This document shows positions 45,267 to 54,955 of a stretch of DNA of 64,000 nucleotides, one piece after another (position 1 is the stretch's first letter; each line of letters starts with the position of its first letter). Below the pieces are notes generated by a model. That model was not told the DNA's origin. It searched no databases and worked only from the letters and a program-made list of their open reading frames with translations. Origin of the DNA: a virus (taxonomy: Duplodnaviria; Heunggongvirae; Uroviricota; Caudoviricetes; Thumleimavirales; Hafunaviridae); IMG/VR virus record IMGVR_UViG_638276137_000001, positions 1 to 64,000 of that record; one strand, given 5' to 3'. The position numbers and the translations under genes were made by a program.

Positions 45267-47684
45267 CTACTTACACGGCGAGAACCAGCACTCGGGACAC
45301 ACCGCGCAATCGTCCGTCTTCTCAAGCTCACCGTCACCACACTCCGGGCAGGTGAGCGTATCCGAACCCACGTCGTCCTCGCTAACGATACCGAGCTGAA
45401 CCGCCGCCTTCTCGCTCACCTCGCCCTTGAGGTATAGTTCGAGAAGGTCGTCGTCGCGGTCGCCCTCGTCGTCCAGATTGTTGTCCACACGAGTCGTGAG
45501 AACCTGCTGGTCGCGGGAGCCGTCACGGTACACGGTCAGGCCCTTGATAACCGCGCCACGTCGGCCTTCATCGAGGGCAAGCTGGTAGGCATCCGCCACG
45601 TCGTCGTGTGTCGCCTCGTTCGGGAGGTTGACCGTCTTGCTGATGCCCGAGTCGCAGAACTCTTGGAACGCTCTCTGCATCAGCCCGTGCTGTTCAGAGG
45701 ACAAGTCCTGCGTCGTGACGAAGATTTCCGCAATCTCGTCGGGAATCGACAGGTCGTTGACTCCATCAAACTCGTTGTTCCGCATCAGCGTCTCCGCTTC
45801 CTCCTTCACGGCGTCCACATCGAGGTCGTTTTCCTCCAGCGTCCGAAGGAAGTAGTCGTCAAACTCCACGAGCAGGTCGTCGCCCTGAATGTCCTCGGAG
45901 ACGTTCTTGAAGTTCGCCACGTTGTAGGCAGGCTCACACCCGCCCGTCGTGTTTCCAATCATCGAGGTGGTTCCGGTCGGAGCGATAGTCGTGATGTTGT
46001 GGTTGCGGATGGGGAAGCCACCGGCCCAATCCTCGGGGTCAAGCCCCGTGCGAGCGGCGAACCACTCGTCGTACTCGGTCGGGTCAGCGTACTTCGACTT
46101 GTCCCAGTAGGAGAACGCCCCACGTTCGAGAGCGAGCCGGTGAGAGGCCCACGTCCCCCTCCGGTCGATGTATCGCATGACGCACCGCGCGACCTCGTAG
46201 GAGTCCTGCGTGCCGTAGGGGACGCCCATCTGGTAGAGCATCTGCGCGAAGCCCATGATTCCGAGTCCGATTTTCCGCATCCCACCGACGCGCTCGGTAA
46301 TCTCGGGGATGGGGAAGTCGGACTGCGTGACTACGTTATCGAGGAATCGAGTACCCGCCTCGATGGTTCTGTCCAGCTCGTTGAAGTCCACGGCAGTCTC
46401 GAAGTACCACTCCACGGCCTCCCGAGTCGAAAGGTCGCCGCTGGCTACGTCCTCCAGCTTGTCGCTCAGGAACTCGTCGTAGGTCGGAGCATCCTCGCTG
46501 AGCATCAGAGAGAGGTTGATGTGGCCGAGGTTACACGCCTCGTACTCCACGAGCATCTGCTCGGCGCAGGGGTTAGTCGCGTTCATGCGGAACTCGGGAT
46601 ACTCCTCAACGTCGAACGAGTGCTGGCGGTTCGACTCCTCGAAGTTGAACAGGCCCGGCTCACCGTTCCGCCACGCCCCGTCAATCATCACGTCCCAAAT
46701 GAACGCGGCGGGAAGCTCCATCGGCTCACCAACTTCAAGCCGAAGACCCTCGTGACCCTCCCACTTCTCGCGGAGCGTGACTCGCTCGCCGTACAGCTCA
46801 CACTCAATTTCGTCGGCGTAGTCCCGCCACAGGTTCTCCTCCACGACCGCGCCCTCGCCGTCGTCAAAGGCGTCACGCGGGTTGTCCTGATACTCCGGGG
46901 AGTAGAAGTGGGCCGACAGCTCTCGCACCGTGTACGGCTCCTCGTAGTCAGTCTCCGGGTCGTACAGGGTATAGGACTCCTGAGCGTCAACTGCCTCGAT
47001 GAAGTTGTCCGTCGTAGCGACCGAGATGTTGAAGTTCGCAAACTCGCCCTCGTTTCGCTTCGCCACGATGAACCGACCAATATCCGGGTGGTCGGCGCGG
47101 AGAATACCCATCTGAGCGCCACGACGCTTGCCGCCCTGCTTCACCTGATTACACGTCTCGTCAAAGACCCGCATGAAGCTCACCGGGCCGGACGCCTCGC
47201 CACCAGTCGAATTAATGAAGGCTCCCTTCGGTCGGAGGTGGGAGAAGGCGTACCCGACGCCACCCCCGCTCTGGAAGATGAGAGCGGCCTGCTGAGCCGT
47301 CTCGAAAATGTCTTCCATGTCGTCGCGGGGTTCGATTACGAAACACGCAGAGAGCTGATTCATGTCCGTCCCGGCGTTCATCAGCGTCGGGCTGTTCGGC
47401 ATGAACCGGAGCGTCTTCATCTGGTGTTCAAACTCATCGGCCCACGTATCGAAGTCCCCGTCTTCCTCGGCTCCGGCGACGTTCTCAGCGACTCGTCGGA
47501 ACAGGTCGTCAGCCCCCTCGATGATGTTACCCTCCGAGTCTTTTCGGAAGTAGCGGGCCGGGAGGATTCCATGAAGGGCGTTATCAGTAAGGCGGTCTTC
47601 TACGGTGAGCGATTCGTCAACGGTCTTGATGGGGGTTTCAACGGTCTGTTCTTCTGTTTCAGTTTCAGTTGTGACTACGGACAT
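45267..47684 (-). CDS. Ribonucleotide reductase large subunit, probably class II (B12-dependent)
   Basis: Active-site motif NATNPCAEQ (NPC[GA]E type). C-terminal zinc ribbon CPECGDGELEKTDDCAVCPEC. 805 aa with the RNR core fold. Confidence 0.8.
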   Translation of the reverse strand: MSVVTTETETEEQTVETPIKTVDESLTVEDRLTDNALHGILPARYFRKDSEGNIIEGADDLFRRVAENVAGAEEDGDFDTWADEFEHQMKTLRFMPNSPTLMNAGTDMNQLSACFVIEPRDDMEDIFETAQQAALIFQSGGGVGYAFSHLRPKGAFINSTGGEASGPVSFMRVFDETCNQVKQGGKRRGAQMGILRADHPDIGRFIVAKRNEGEFANFNISVATTDNFIEAVDAQESYTLYDPETDYEEPYTVRELSAHFYSPEYQDNPRDAFDDGEGAVVEENLWRDYADEIECELYGERVTLREKWEGHEGLRLEVGEPMELPAAFIWDVMIDGAWRNGEPGLFNFEESNRQHSFDVEEYPEFRMNATNPCAEQMLVEYEACNLGHINLSLMLSEDAPTYDEFLSDKLEDVASGDLSTREAVEWYFETAVDFNELDRTIEAGTRFLDNVVTQSDFPIPEITERVGGMRKIGLGIMGFAQMLYQMGVPYGTQDSYEVARCVMRYIDRRGTWASHRLALERGAFSYWDKSKYADPTEYDEWFAARTGLDPEDWAGGFPIRNHNITTIAPTGTTSMIGNTTGGCEPAYNVANFKNVSEDIQGDDLLVEFDDYFLRTLEENDLDVDAVKEEAETLMRNNEFDGVNDLSIPDEIAEIFVTTQDLSSEQHGLMQRAFQEFCDSGISKTVNLPNEATHDDVADAYQLALDEGRRGAVIKGLTVYRDGSRDQQVLTTRVDNNLDDEGDRDDDLLELYLKGEVSEKAAVQLGIVSEDDVGSDTLTCPECGDGELEKTDDCAVCPECWFSPCK

Positions 47685-47867
47685 TGTGTGTATAGTATAG
47701 TAATATAGTAGGTGAACTACTCAGAGTGATTCACTACATCGAGGTGTTTGTTCTTTCTCAGTCTCTACTAAGTGAATCACTTAGATGGAAAAAGTCCCCA
47801 TACTACCACAGTAGGTAGTATGGGGTGGATTTCGAGTGAACCTGTTAGGTTCGCTTCGTCGCAAGCT

Positions 47868-47932
47868 CCTCACTCTAATAGACGGTAACTAAAGACTTAA
47901 AGATACCGACTTTGTTCTTAGAGTGTCAGTCG
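47868..47932 (-). promoter_or_regulatory. Composite conserved element, copy f (minus orientation), upstream of the RNR gene
   Basis: cctcactctaatagacggtaactaaagacttaaagataccgactttgttcttagag. Confidence 0.5.
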
Positions 47933-48111
47933 TCTGTTGGGAGGAATCGGTCGAGTATCTGCTGAACGCGACCTCGTTTGAGTGCCAATGCCATGAAGAA
48001 TCCGAGTGCCCACGCCACGAGGGGTGGGGTGTTTGCGATTTCAGGTATCATATCAGTTTCAAGTTAAAGACTCAAATAGGTATCTTTAAGTCCTTGGCTC
48101 ACGTCTGTTAG
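47923..48111 (+). CDS. Small Cys-rich ORF between two divergent conserved elements (uncertain)
   Basis: ORF track only. A GTG start lies about 25 nt downstream of the palindromic CTTAAAG. A 41-aa TM-peptide ORF on the opposite strand (47925..48050) is an alternative. Confidence 0.25.
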   Translation: MSVVCWEESVEYLLNATSFECQCHEESECPRHEGWGVCDFRYHISFKLKTQIGIFKSLAHVC

Positions 48112-48118
48112 AGTGAAG
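48064..48118 (+). promoter_or_regulatory. Composite conserved element, copy g (plus orientation), upstream of the 48119 gene
   Basis: aaagactcaaataggtatctttaagtccttggctcacgtctgttagagtgaag, then ATG at 48119. Confidence 0.5.
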
Positions 48119-49003
48119 ATGGATTTTTCGAGTGTAACCAACGCCGTTAGTGACCTCTCTAACAAGGTTCGACTTGACGGCACGCCAGCAGAAGAAGAAC
48201 CGGAAGAAGACCAGCTCATCGAGTTCGTTACCGAGGAAGAATTGTACGGGGCGATTCCTGAGCCGCTTCCCGCGAACAAGGTACTGCCGGATTGGTACAA
48301 GAAGCTCGGCCAATACACCGAAGGAAATGGAGAGCTTGGCTCCACCAACGAGCGGAATGGAGTTGCCCGTTCAACCGTGAAGCGGTGCGCTCCGTTCATG
48401 GAGGCAATGACGATGGGATTCATCGTCCCTCTGTGTGGTGAAGTTTACTTCGATGCGGAAGATGGGTACGTACAGTACGAATGGGATTTCCAGAGAGAGC
48501 TTATTTCACCGCACAGCTTGTCTCAGGTCGGGGGAGAGATGTTCCCCAATCACGAGTGGCCTGTTCTGAAGTTCATCAACCATTGGTCGATAAAGGTTCC
48601 AGACGGCTACTCGGTACTCGTCACTAACCCGATGAACCGCCCCGGCCAGCCGTTCACTCCGTTCTCTGGAATCGTTGACGTTGACAGCTACTTCAACAAC
48701 ATCAACGCTCCGTTCATGTGGACTGGTGGTGACTTTGAAGGAGTCGTACCACAGGGAAGTCCCATCATTCAGGTGATTCCGTTCCACCGAGATACGATGC
48801 TGACTGACGCGACCTCCCGGCCCATGACCGAAGAAGAAGACATGGAGATTCGTAGAACGAAGAACGAGATTAGCGCCCACCAGTCGATGTACCGCGACAA
48901 TCGGTGGCAACACAAGCAGGGGTCGCGGATGCTACCTCCAGAAGCGGTAGAGTCGGGTGAAGATGAATCTGAAGGTTCTTCCTGCCCGTTCCACCGGAAT
49001 TAG
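48119..49003 (+). CDS. Hypothetical protein
   Basis: ORF 48113..49003 (GTG) with ATG at 48119. 294 aa and converges on the late operon. Confidence 0.5.
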   Translation: MDFSSVTNAVSDLSNKVRLDGTPAEEEPEEDQLIEFVTEEELYGAIPEPLPANKVLPDWYKKLGQYTEGNGELGSTNERNGVARSTVKRCAPFMEAMTMGFIVPLCGEVYFDAEDGYVQYEWDFQRELISPHSLSQVGGEMFPNHEWPVLKFINHWSIKVPDGYSVLVTNPMNRPGQPFTPFSGIVDVDSYFNNINAPFMWTGGDFEGVVPQGSPIIQVIPFHRDTMLTDATSRPMTEEEDMEIRRTKNEISAHQSMYRDNRWQHKQGSRMLPPEAVESGEDESEGSSCPFHRN

Positions 49004-49007
49004 TTGA

Positions 49008-49502
49008 CTACTTTTCTTTTCGGACGAGGAACGTTCTCTCGTCTAAATAATCTCGTGCGATAGAAACGCCAGCGTCGGCGTTGAAATTCTTAGCACGGAG
49101 ATGCGCGGAGGGGGACGCTCTCCAATCGTCCTCGTAGTGGGCGTACAGCTCGCGGCCTTTTTGCCCATCCTCGCGCTCAAACATCGTTACGTGAAGTTGC
49201 ATCCCCGGAGCAACGTGGTCGGGAGCGTCCTCGCTTAGAAGAACCCACGACCCCTCGCTCTTGCGTCCATCGGGGAGAGATTTGTACGCGGCAATCGGGT
49301 TACGTCGGAAGGAAACGTCTTCCAACTCCACCTCGATGCTTTCCTCATCTTCATCGAACGTCCCGACGTACTGATTCCAGCCACACTTCCCGATTCCATA
49401 CCCATCGAATAGGGTCAGGAGAGGGTGTAGTCGTGGAAAAAGCCAGCCGCGTAGACCTTCTTGCCAATCGTCGTCACTACCAAGCAGAAATTTCGGTAAC
49501 AT
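49008..49502 (-). CDS. Hypothetical protein, last gene of the minus-strand late block
   Basis: 164-aa minus-strand ORF. Confidence 0.5.
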   Translation of the reverse strand: MLPKFLLGSDDDWQEGLRGWLFPRLHPLLTLFDGYGIGKCGWNQYVGTFDEDEESIEVELEDVSFRRNPIAAYKSLPDGRKSEGSWVLLSEDAPDHVAPGMQLHVTMFEREDGQKGRELYAHYEDDWRASPSAHLRAKNFNADAGVSIARDYLDERTFLVRKEK

Positions 49503-49522
49503 AGATAAAAAAGACCCCCGGC

Positions 49523-49933
49523 TTACGCCGAGGTAGGGCCGTCGATAGAGTCGTCAGTCGAGTCGTCAGTCGAGTCGTCGGGATTTTCAGCCACCAAAGT
49601 ATCCTCACTAACCGCCGCAGAACCAACGTCTTCGCCACTCACAACATCCCACATATAGGAGACTGCCTTTTCAAGAGCGGCCAACTGAACCTGAGTATCA
49701 GGGTCGGCTTTAGCCGTCTCCAATTCGTACTGCTCGATTGCTTCAGAGATTCGAGCCTTCCGGTTGTTGTTGACGAGATTCCGGTCAAGAACACCCTCAC
49801 CGGCTTCAGACACGGCGACTTCTTCTACGCCGGGTTCTGTAACGCTTTCATCAACTTCGACATCATCTACAATCGGGTCAACCGGGCCGTCGTAGCCCGG
49901 AGGAACGTGAAGAACGTATTTTACTCGTGCCAT
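49523..49933 (-). CDS. Hypothetical acidic protein (possible fibre assembly or chaperone)
   Basis: 136-aa ORF whose stop overlaps the start of the Gly-rich fibre gene. On the minus strand it is followed by a cggcgtaagccg hairpin plus gggtctttttta at about 49500..49522. Confidence 0.45.
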   Translation of the reverse strand: MARVKYVLHVPPGYDGPVDPIVDDVEVDESVTEPGVEEVAVSEAGEGVLDRNLVNNNRKARISEAIEQYELETAKADPDTQVQLAALEKAVSYMWDVVSGEDVGSAAVSEDTLVAENPDDSTDDSTDDSIDGPTSA

Positions 49934-50970
49934 TATCCAATCACCGAAAGTGGGAACTGAACGAAGATTCCTTCTTCACCGCTGTTTCCGGGTCTGACGT
50001 TTCCAGTCCCCCCACCAGCAACCTCGTAAGATGCCGGAATATCACCGGGGCTGACAACGATAATAGCTCCACCGCCACCTCCACCGCCGGAGCCGCCGGA
50101 GCCTTCGTTGCCGTTGGCGCTTGCGCCAGTACCTCCCGTACCTCCTTTTGCCTCGGTAGTGAGACTGCCGCTGATATTTTCGCTCACCAGAACGATGAGG
50201 CCACCAGCTCCAGCACCTCCACCAGCATCTCTACCGTGGGAGTTGCTGTTGCCATTCCCATTTGAGCCGTTGCCTCCATTACCACCGCGACCCCCGAAGG
50301 AGCCGCCAGCACCTCCACCGCCACCACCGCCGGGGCGGTTGTAGCTGTTATTGTTGTTGTCGTCACCACCGCCATCTCCGCCAGCGGCTCCACCTCCCGA
50401 TACGAGCTTCGCCATCGGGGTCTGCGTCACATAGCCACCCGAAACGAGCCAGTCTTCGAGCCACACGGGGAGTAGGTCTGCTTCCACAATCGACTCTCGG
50501 GAATTTCCGTTGTCACCGCCCGATTGCTCACCTGCGTCGTGGCCTCCCTGAGCGCCGCTGGAAATCATCTGCGTATCGCGGGCCACAATCGCGGGGGGAG
50601 CGGCAGAAGACTGTCTGTTGTTATTGTTGTTGTATGAGTTGCCGCTTGAGTTCGTATTCCCCCCGTTCTGCCCGTTCGCTCGAATTACACCATCGCCACC
50701 TGCGTTCTTGGCGAGAATAAATATACTCCCGCCAGCGTCCCCGCCGTTTCCACCGCCGCCGTTAGAACCAGAACCGACGCGGCGATTGACTTTGAGAGTC
50801 CCGTTAACAGTTAGCGTTTCAGAAACCTGAATAACAGCACCGAATGGGGCTGTAACAGTCACTCCCGAGTTGATAGTCAGATTTCGGAAACTCGAAAAGC
50901 GACTGAGTGTTCCGTTAGAGGAGAAGGTAACATCTCCATTGATACCAGCACCGTAATTAATGTTGCTCAT
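49933..50970 (-). CDS. Glycine-rich tail-fibre-like protein
   Basis: Long poly-Gly/Asn/Ser tracts flanked by beta-rich terminal regions. It is a paralogue-like of the 55314..56249 product. Confidence 0.5.
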   Translation of the reverse strand: MSNINYGAGINGDVTFSSNGTLSRFSSFRNLTINSGVTVTAPFGAVIQVSETLTVNGTLKVNRRVGSGSNGGGGNGGDAGGSIFILAKNAGGDGVIRANGQNGGNTNSSGNSYNNNNNRQSSAAPPAIVARDTQMISSGAQGGHDAGEQSGGDNGNSRESIVEADLLPVWLEDWLVSGGYVTQTPMAKLVSGGGAAGGDGGGDDNNNNSYNRPGGGGGGGAGGSFGGRGGNGGNGSNGNGNSNSHGRDAGGGAGAGGLIVLVSENISGSLTTEAKGGTGGTGASANGNEGSGGSGGGGGGGAIIVVSPGDIPASYEVAGGGTGNVRPGNSGEEGIFVQFPLSVIG

Positions 50971-50976
50971 TTTTAG

Positions 50977-52674
50977 TTATCTCCGTGAAAGTTTTACACT
51001 AATGAAGTTGTTTTTGCGAACCTGATAGGCTCGATTCCCTTCGTGCCAAACTTCGTGTCCCTGCTTCGTGAACTTCCGCGCGTTCACGTCCATCTGCTCA
51101 AACTCAGAACCTCCAGATTCCGCAATCGTGAGGGTATCCGAGTCCTTTCCGACCACGATAAACTGCTGTCCATCATCGTCGTCAAGAACGAGGTCGTCAC
51201 CGACTTGGACGCTCGCGTTCACATCGAGGTCGCCACTCATCGAGTCGCCTGTCTCGTTAACGTATCTCGGGTCGAGGTCAACTGTCACACGACCATCTTC
51301 GTTTTTCGTAACGGGGGCCGTGAAGTTGATTTCGTGAACGTTGTCCTCGCCACCAGAGCCGAAGGCTCGGATGTTCACACCGTTGTCTCCGGGCCGGAGG
51401 CTCCAGCGCCGGTAGAGGTAATCGAACGACGGGTTGTTCGTCGTATCTTCCCGAGAGAACGTAACGCGAACCTGTGGGTTCGTCGCCGCGTCGATAGCCA
51501 AAGAGAGGTCTTCGTTCGACTGAATATCAGAGACAAGCGTAGTGCCCGTCTCGTCTTCCACGTCAACGACGACGCTTTCTCCGGCCATCGTTCGGTCGAA
51601 GCGGAGCAAATCCCACCCCTCGATGCGTGAATCCGGTTCCGGGCAAGACACGACGACCTCGCCGTACTCTCTCGCTCCGGTGTGGACATTATCCACGAAT
51701 ACACTACGGACAGAACCGGAGTCCGTGGTCTTCGAGCCAAACCAGATGTTCGAGATACCAGTCGCATCCATCGGGCGACCGCTGATAATAGTCTGACCGT
51801 CGATTACCACATCAACGGTTCCAGCCCCGAAGTCGGGGTCAACCTCGAACACGTAGGTCTGTCCGGCAGTCCACGACGAGAGAAGTTCCGTGCCGTCACT
51901 AAGAGAGACGTTTCCAGCACCATCGTTAAACTGAATCTCCAGCTCACGATTTCCGTTCTCGTCGTCAAGCCGGATGATAGACTCGTCGTTGATGTTCGCC
52001 GTGTCTTCCGACACCGAGAAGGCGAACTCAATATCCTGAGCCACCGGAACGTCCCGCTGGAGCTGAGGCGTCGTTGCGTCCCCACTCGAAGTAATCTCGG
52101 CTCTACCGTTTGCCGAGTCGTGGCTAATGCCCGAAGTGCTACTCCACGACCACGCTCCGTGGTCTGGAGAGATACCAGAGTTGAAGTCAGCGACGACCTG
52201 CTCGTTGATGAGCTTGAGACTCCCCGCATCGAGTCGGGTTCTCGCCGGAGTCTCGTGGGTCAGCGAAAAGCCTTCGGAGCCGCTGAAGTCGTGCGTCTCG
52301 TCGTAGCCCGTCTCAGGCTCAATATCGTACCGCTCTCCGTCAGAGACGAACAGAAGATTCGAGGTGTTCTTCAGCCACGTCGTCCCCTTGTTTCCAACGT
52401 CGGGATTAGCTCCCTGAACGTACTGGAATCCACCAAGCTGTTCCGGGGTGTTCCCCTGAACCGTCTCGGCGTCAGCAACCTGCCCGTCGTTGTCGGGGTC
52501 GATTGCGTTCGTGAGGTCAACGAGGTGCTGAACATCCTCGATGAGATTGTGTACGAGGAAGTTGTCGTAGTGCGTGACGGGCGGGTTTTCCTTCGTGTAC
52601 CTGTACCCATCGGGGAACTCCGAACGCTCCTCAGCGACGGCTCCCCATTCCTTGAGTTTAGAAGTGTACGCCAT
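50977..52674 (-). CDS. Putative tail fibre / receptor-binding protein
   Basis: 565-aa beta-rich protein in the position after the baseplate genes. Confidence 0.45.
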   Translation of the reverse strand: MAYTSKLKEWGAVAEERSEFPDGYRYTKENPPVTHYDNFLVHNLIEDVQHLVDLTNAIDPDNDGQVADAETVQGNTPEQLGGFQYVQGANPDVGNKGTTWLKNTSNLLFVSDGERYDIEPETGYDETHDFSGSEGFSLTHETPARTRLDAGSLKLINEQVVADFNSGISPDHGAWSWSSTSGISHDSANGRAEITSSGDATTPQLQRDVPVAQDIEFAFSVSEDTANINDESIIRLDDENGNRELEIQFNDGAGNVSLSDGTELLSSWTAGQTYVFEVDPDFGAGTVDVVIDGQTIISGRPMDATGISNIWFGSKTTDSGSVRSVFVDNVHTGAREYGEVVVSCPEPDSRIEGWDLLRFDRTMAGESVVVDVEDETGTTLVSDIQSNEDLSLAIDAATNPQVRVTFSREDTTNNPSFDYLYRRWSLRPGDNGVNIRAFGSGGEDNVHEINFTAPVTKNEDGRVTVDLDPRYVNETGDSMSGDLDVNASVQVGDDLVLDDDDGQQFIVVGKDSDTLTIAESGGSEFEQMDVNARKFTKQGHEVWHEGNRAYQVRKNNFISVKLSRR

Positions 52675-52677
52675 TCT

Positions 52678-53328
52678 TTAGATAAGTCCTCCTTTTGTCC
52701 CGCCCTCTCCGGTCGGGTTGCCCTCGGAGTCAAGAGCATCATAGCCGCCATCGTAACCGTTCCAGTTTTTCTCCTCGTAGTCCTCCTTGGACTTGTACCG
52801 GAGCGAGCCGTTATACTGAGACTTTACCGTAGTCCCGGCAGGCGCGAGCTTCTGGACGATTTTCGAGATTTCCTCTCCCGAAAGGTCGAGGTTTTGTACG
52901 TCGTCGTATGGTAAGAGGAAACATACCGTTCGGTCGTGAATTTCACCGAATAGGAACCGCCAATCCTGAAACCAGAGGTCTTCAACCTCGCACCCGAGGA
53001 TGGTCGCCATCGAGTTGAAAGCGTCCTCGATAGTTCCCTCGCTCGTGTTGAGCTGGTATTCCGCGATAATCCGCGCTCGGTAGTGGTCGCGTCCTTCACC
53101 GGAGCGCCGCCTGAGCTGAACCATTCCAGCAAGCTCCTCCAGCGAGTCAACTTCGAGTGCTTCCTGAACGGTCGTCTCGCCGTCAATCTCCTCAATATCT
53201 CCATCGAGGTCAACGACTTGGCGACCAACAGCATCGAGCAGTTTCCAATTCCCGCCCTCATTGTCGTCATCGTAGTACGACGGGAGGGAGCTAACCAGTT
53301 GCTCTACCTCCTCGTGAATCGTCGCCAT
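52678..53328 (-). CDS. Putative baseplate protein (gpI-like position)
   Basis: 216-aa ORF directly downstream of the gpJ-like gene. The call rests on gene order only. Confidence 0.35.
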   Translation of the reverse strand: MATIHEEVEQLVSSLPSYYDDDNEGGNWKLLDAVGRQVVDLDGDIEEIDGETTVQEALEVDSLEELAGMVQLRRRSGEGRDHYRARIIAEYQLNTSEGTIEDAFNSMATILGCEVEDLWFQDWRFLFGEIHDRTVCFLLPYDDVQNLDLSGEEISKIVQKLAPAGTTVKSQYNGSLRYKSKEDYEEKNWNGYDGGYDALDSEGNPTGEGGTKGGLI

Positions 53329-53332
53329 TCAG

Positions 53333-54568
53333 TTACACCTCGCTCGTGTTGAGCGTAATGTCCGTCTGAGCGTCGGTGTGAGCTTCCTCCATCGACCCGA
53401 TGTTGATGTTGCTCGTGGATTCCGGCGGGTCGGTGCGGCCAATCTTGAGACTCGTAACGTCGTAGACGCCGGGAATCTCTCGAATCCGGTACTCGATTTC
53501 GCCGTGAAGAACATCGTCAGTCACACCAAGCTCTCCATCCTTCTCGAAGCCGTCTGTGGTTTTTCCACCAACGTAGTCGATGATGTTGTTCAGAATCTCG
53601 TTGTTTTCTTCGTAGGTAGAATCGACCTGAATATCTGCCTCGATGTAGATGGTCACAGGATTCGCCCGCGAGAAGTCAATCGGGTGCGTCTGTCCGTTCG
53701 GAAGTTCAGCAAGCGTTCCCGAGACGGAAACGCCGTTCACCCCCGCCACGAGGGTCGAATCCATCCCCTTCGTCTCCAAAATTGCCTGAGCAATATCAGA
53801 GTCGTCTCCCCCGGTCACGACCAGCTCACCGGAGTTGGCCGGGAGGTTGTGACCCCGACCGTTGTGTTCCTTCTTGTCGTTGATTAGAATACTGACCGAA
53901 GTGACTCCCTTAACTCCCTGAACGGCACTTACAAGAGCGGGAGCGGTCGCACTCGAACCTTCAGCAAGTTCCTCCTTTGCTCTCTCGCGGAGGTTTTCGT
54001 CCGACTCGCGGTTCTCGCCGCCGGTCGTGTTAGTCGGATTCGTGACACTCTCGATTCCAGCCAGCGGAACCGGGAGAGCCGTAATCGAGTTAGCCCCGAC
54101 GTTCGCGTTAGCGCCGGGTTCAACCGAAATTATCGGGGCCGTGGTCGTCTTAGTGCCTTCTTTGATAACCGCGCCCTCAGTCGTGACGTATTCAATCGGA
54201 GGGTCGCTCCGAGTCTGAACCTCCGTCCCCGCTGGAACGTGATAGTCCATCTCGGCTACGTTCTGCCGAGAGAACTTAACCTCGCCCCGAGAGCGGGCCG
54301 CAGGCTGTCTTGTCACCCCGATGAGTGCCGTCAGTAGGCCGAGGGCAGAACCCTCTGCGTTGTCAATCTGTGTGGACTCAAGGACGAGTCCAATATCGTT
54401 CTGCGCCTGAGCAAGACGCTTAGCGATAGGTCGATAGAATTGACGGATAACAGCAAGGTCAGATTCCTTAATGTCCTCCGACCAATACTGCTTCGCGTCG
54501 GCAATCATCGCATCGAGGATTTCCTCCTCAGTATCGCCGTCGAAAGAGCCGTCGTCGTTAATTGTCAT
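53333..54568 (-). CDS. Baseplate J-like (P2 gpJ / T4 gp6 family) protein
   Basis: N-terminal region EEEILDAMIADAKQYW...NAEGSALGLLTALIGVTRQPAARSRGEVKFSR resembles the Baseplate_J family. 411 aa. Confidence 0.5.
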   Translation of the reverse strand: MTINDDGSFDGDTEEEILDAMIADAKQYWSEDIKESDLAVIRQFYRPIAKRLAQAQNDIGLVLESTQIDNAEGSALGLLTALIGVTRQPAARSRGEVKFSRQNVAEMDYHVPAGTEVQTRSDPPIEYVTTEGAVIKEGTKTTTAPIISVEPGANANVGANSITALPVPLAGIESVTNPTNTTGGENRESDENLRERAKEELAEGSSATAPALVSAVQGVKGVTSVSILINDKKEHNGRGHNLPANSGELVVTGGDDSDIAQAILETKGMDSTLVAGVNGVSVSGTLAELPNGQTHPIDFSRANPVTIYIEADIQVDSTYEENNEILNNIIDYVGGKTTDGFEKDGELGVTDDVLHGEIEYRIREIPGVYDVTSLKIGRTDPPESTSNINIGSMEEAHTDAQTDITLNTSEV

Positions 54569-54891
54569 TCGCTAATTGCTTCCTCGAAAACGTGATTTGA
54601 TTCGTAGTTGATACGTAGGACGTATTTGTGGGGGTCGCTGTCGTGCGGAGAAACCTCGATGCCGTCAACGCTTGACAGATAATCGTGTCTCCGCGCGACT
54701 CGGGACGCTTCAAGCTTGAGCTTCTGCTTGATGGTCGTCTCGTCAAATTCACCGATAGCGGAGTTCCGCATCAGCTCAGTCAACAGAATAACGACCGCCT
54801 GCTCGAACTCCTCGCGCCCACTTACTGAAGCAAGGTCGCCACTTTCGTCCAGAAAAACAGAGAAGTCACTATTAAGGGCTAAATCCAGCAT
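54565..54891 (-). CDS. gpW/gp25-like baseplate wedge protein
   Basis: 108 aa. Pattern DFSVFLDESGDLASVSGREEFEQAVVILLTELMRNSAIGEF matches the GPW_gp25 layout. Confidence 0.45.
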   Translation of the reverse strand: MLDLALNSDFSVFLDESGDLASVSGREEFEQAVVILLTELMRNSAIGEFDETTIKQKLKLEASRVARRHDYLSSVDGIEVSPHDSDPHKYVLRINYESNHVFEEAISE

Positions 54892-54955
54892 AGAAATGGG
54901 GGAGAAGGGCTTTCTCTACTACTATTAATGGTAAAGGGTTTATATATGATGTAAG
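54892..54955 (-). promoter_or_regulatory. AT-rich internal promoter candidate within the late operon
   Basis: Short AT-rich gap with TTTATATA. On the minus strand ATATATAAA lies about 35 nt upstream of the 54891 start. Confidence 0.3.

Noticed and set aside
45606-47708. 700-aa plus-strand ORF antisense to the ribonucleotide reductase
   Set aside because: The RNR active-site and zinc-ribbon motifs are on the minus strand. The plus-strand ORF is Arg/Leu/Val-rich with no motifs.
49933-50970. Possible CRISPR array or simple-sequence DNA suggested by repetitive ggtggtgg/ggcggc runs (also 55400-56100)
   Set aside because: The repeats are irregular and lie in-frame within Gly-rich structural ORFs. 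There are no spacer-repeat periodicity and no cas genes.
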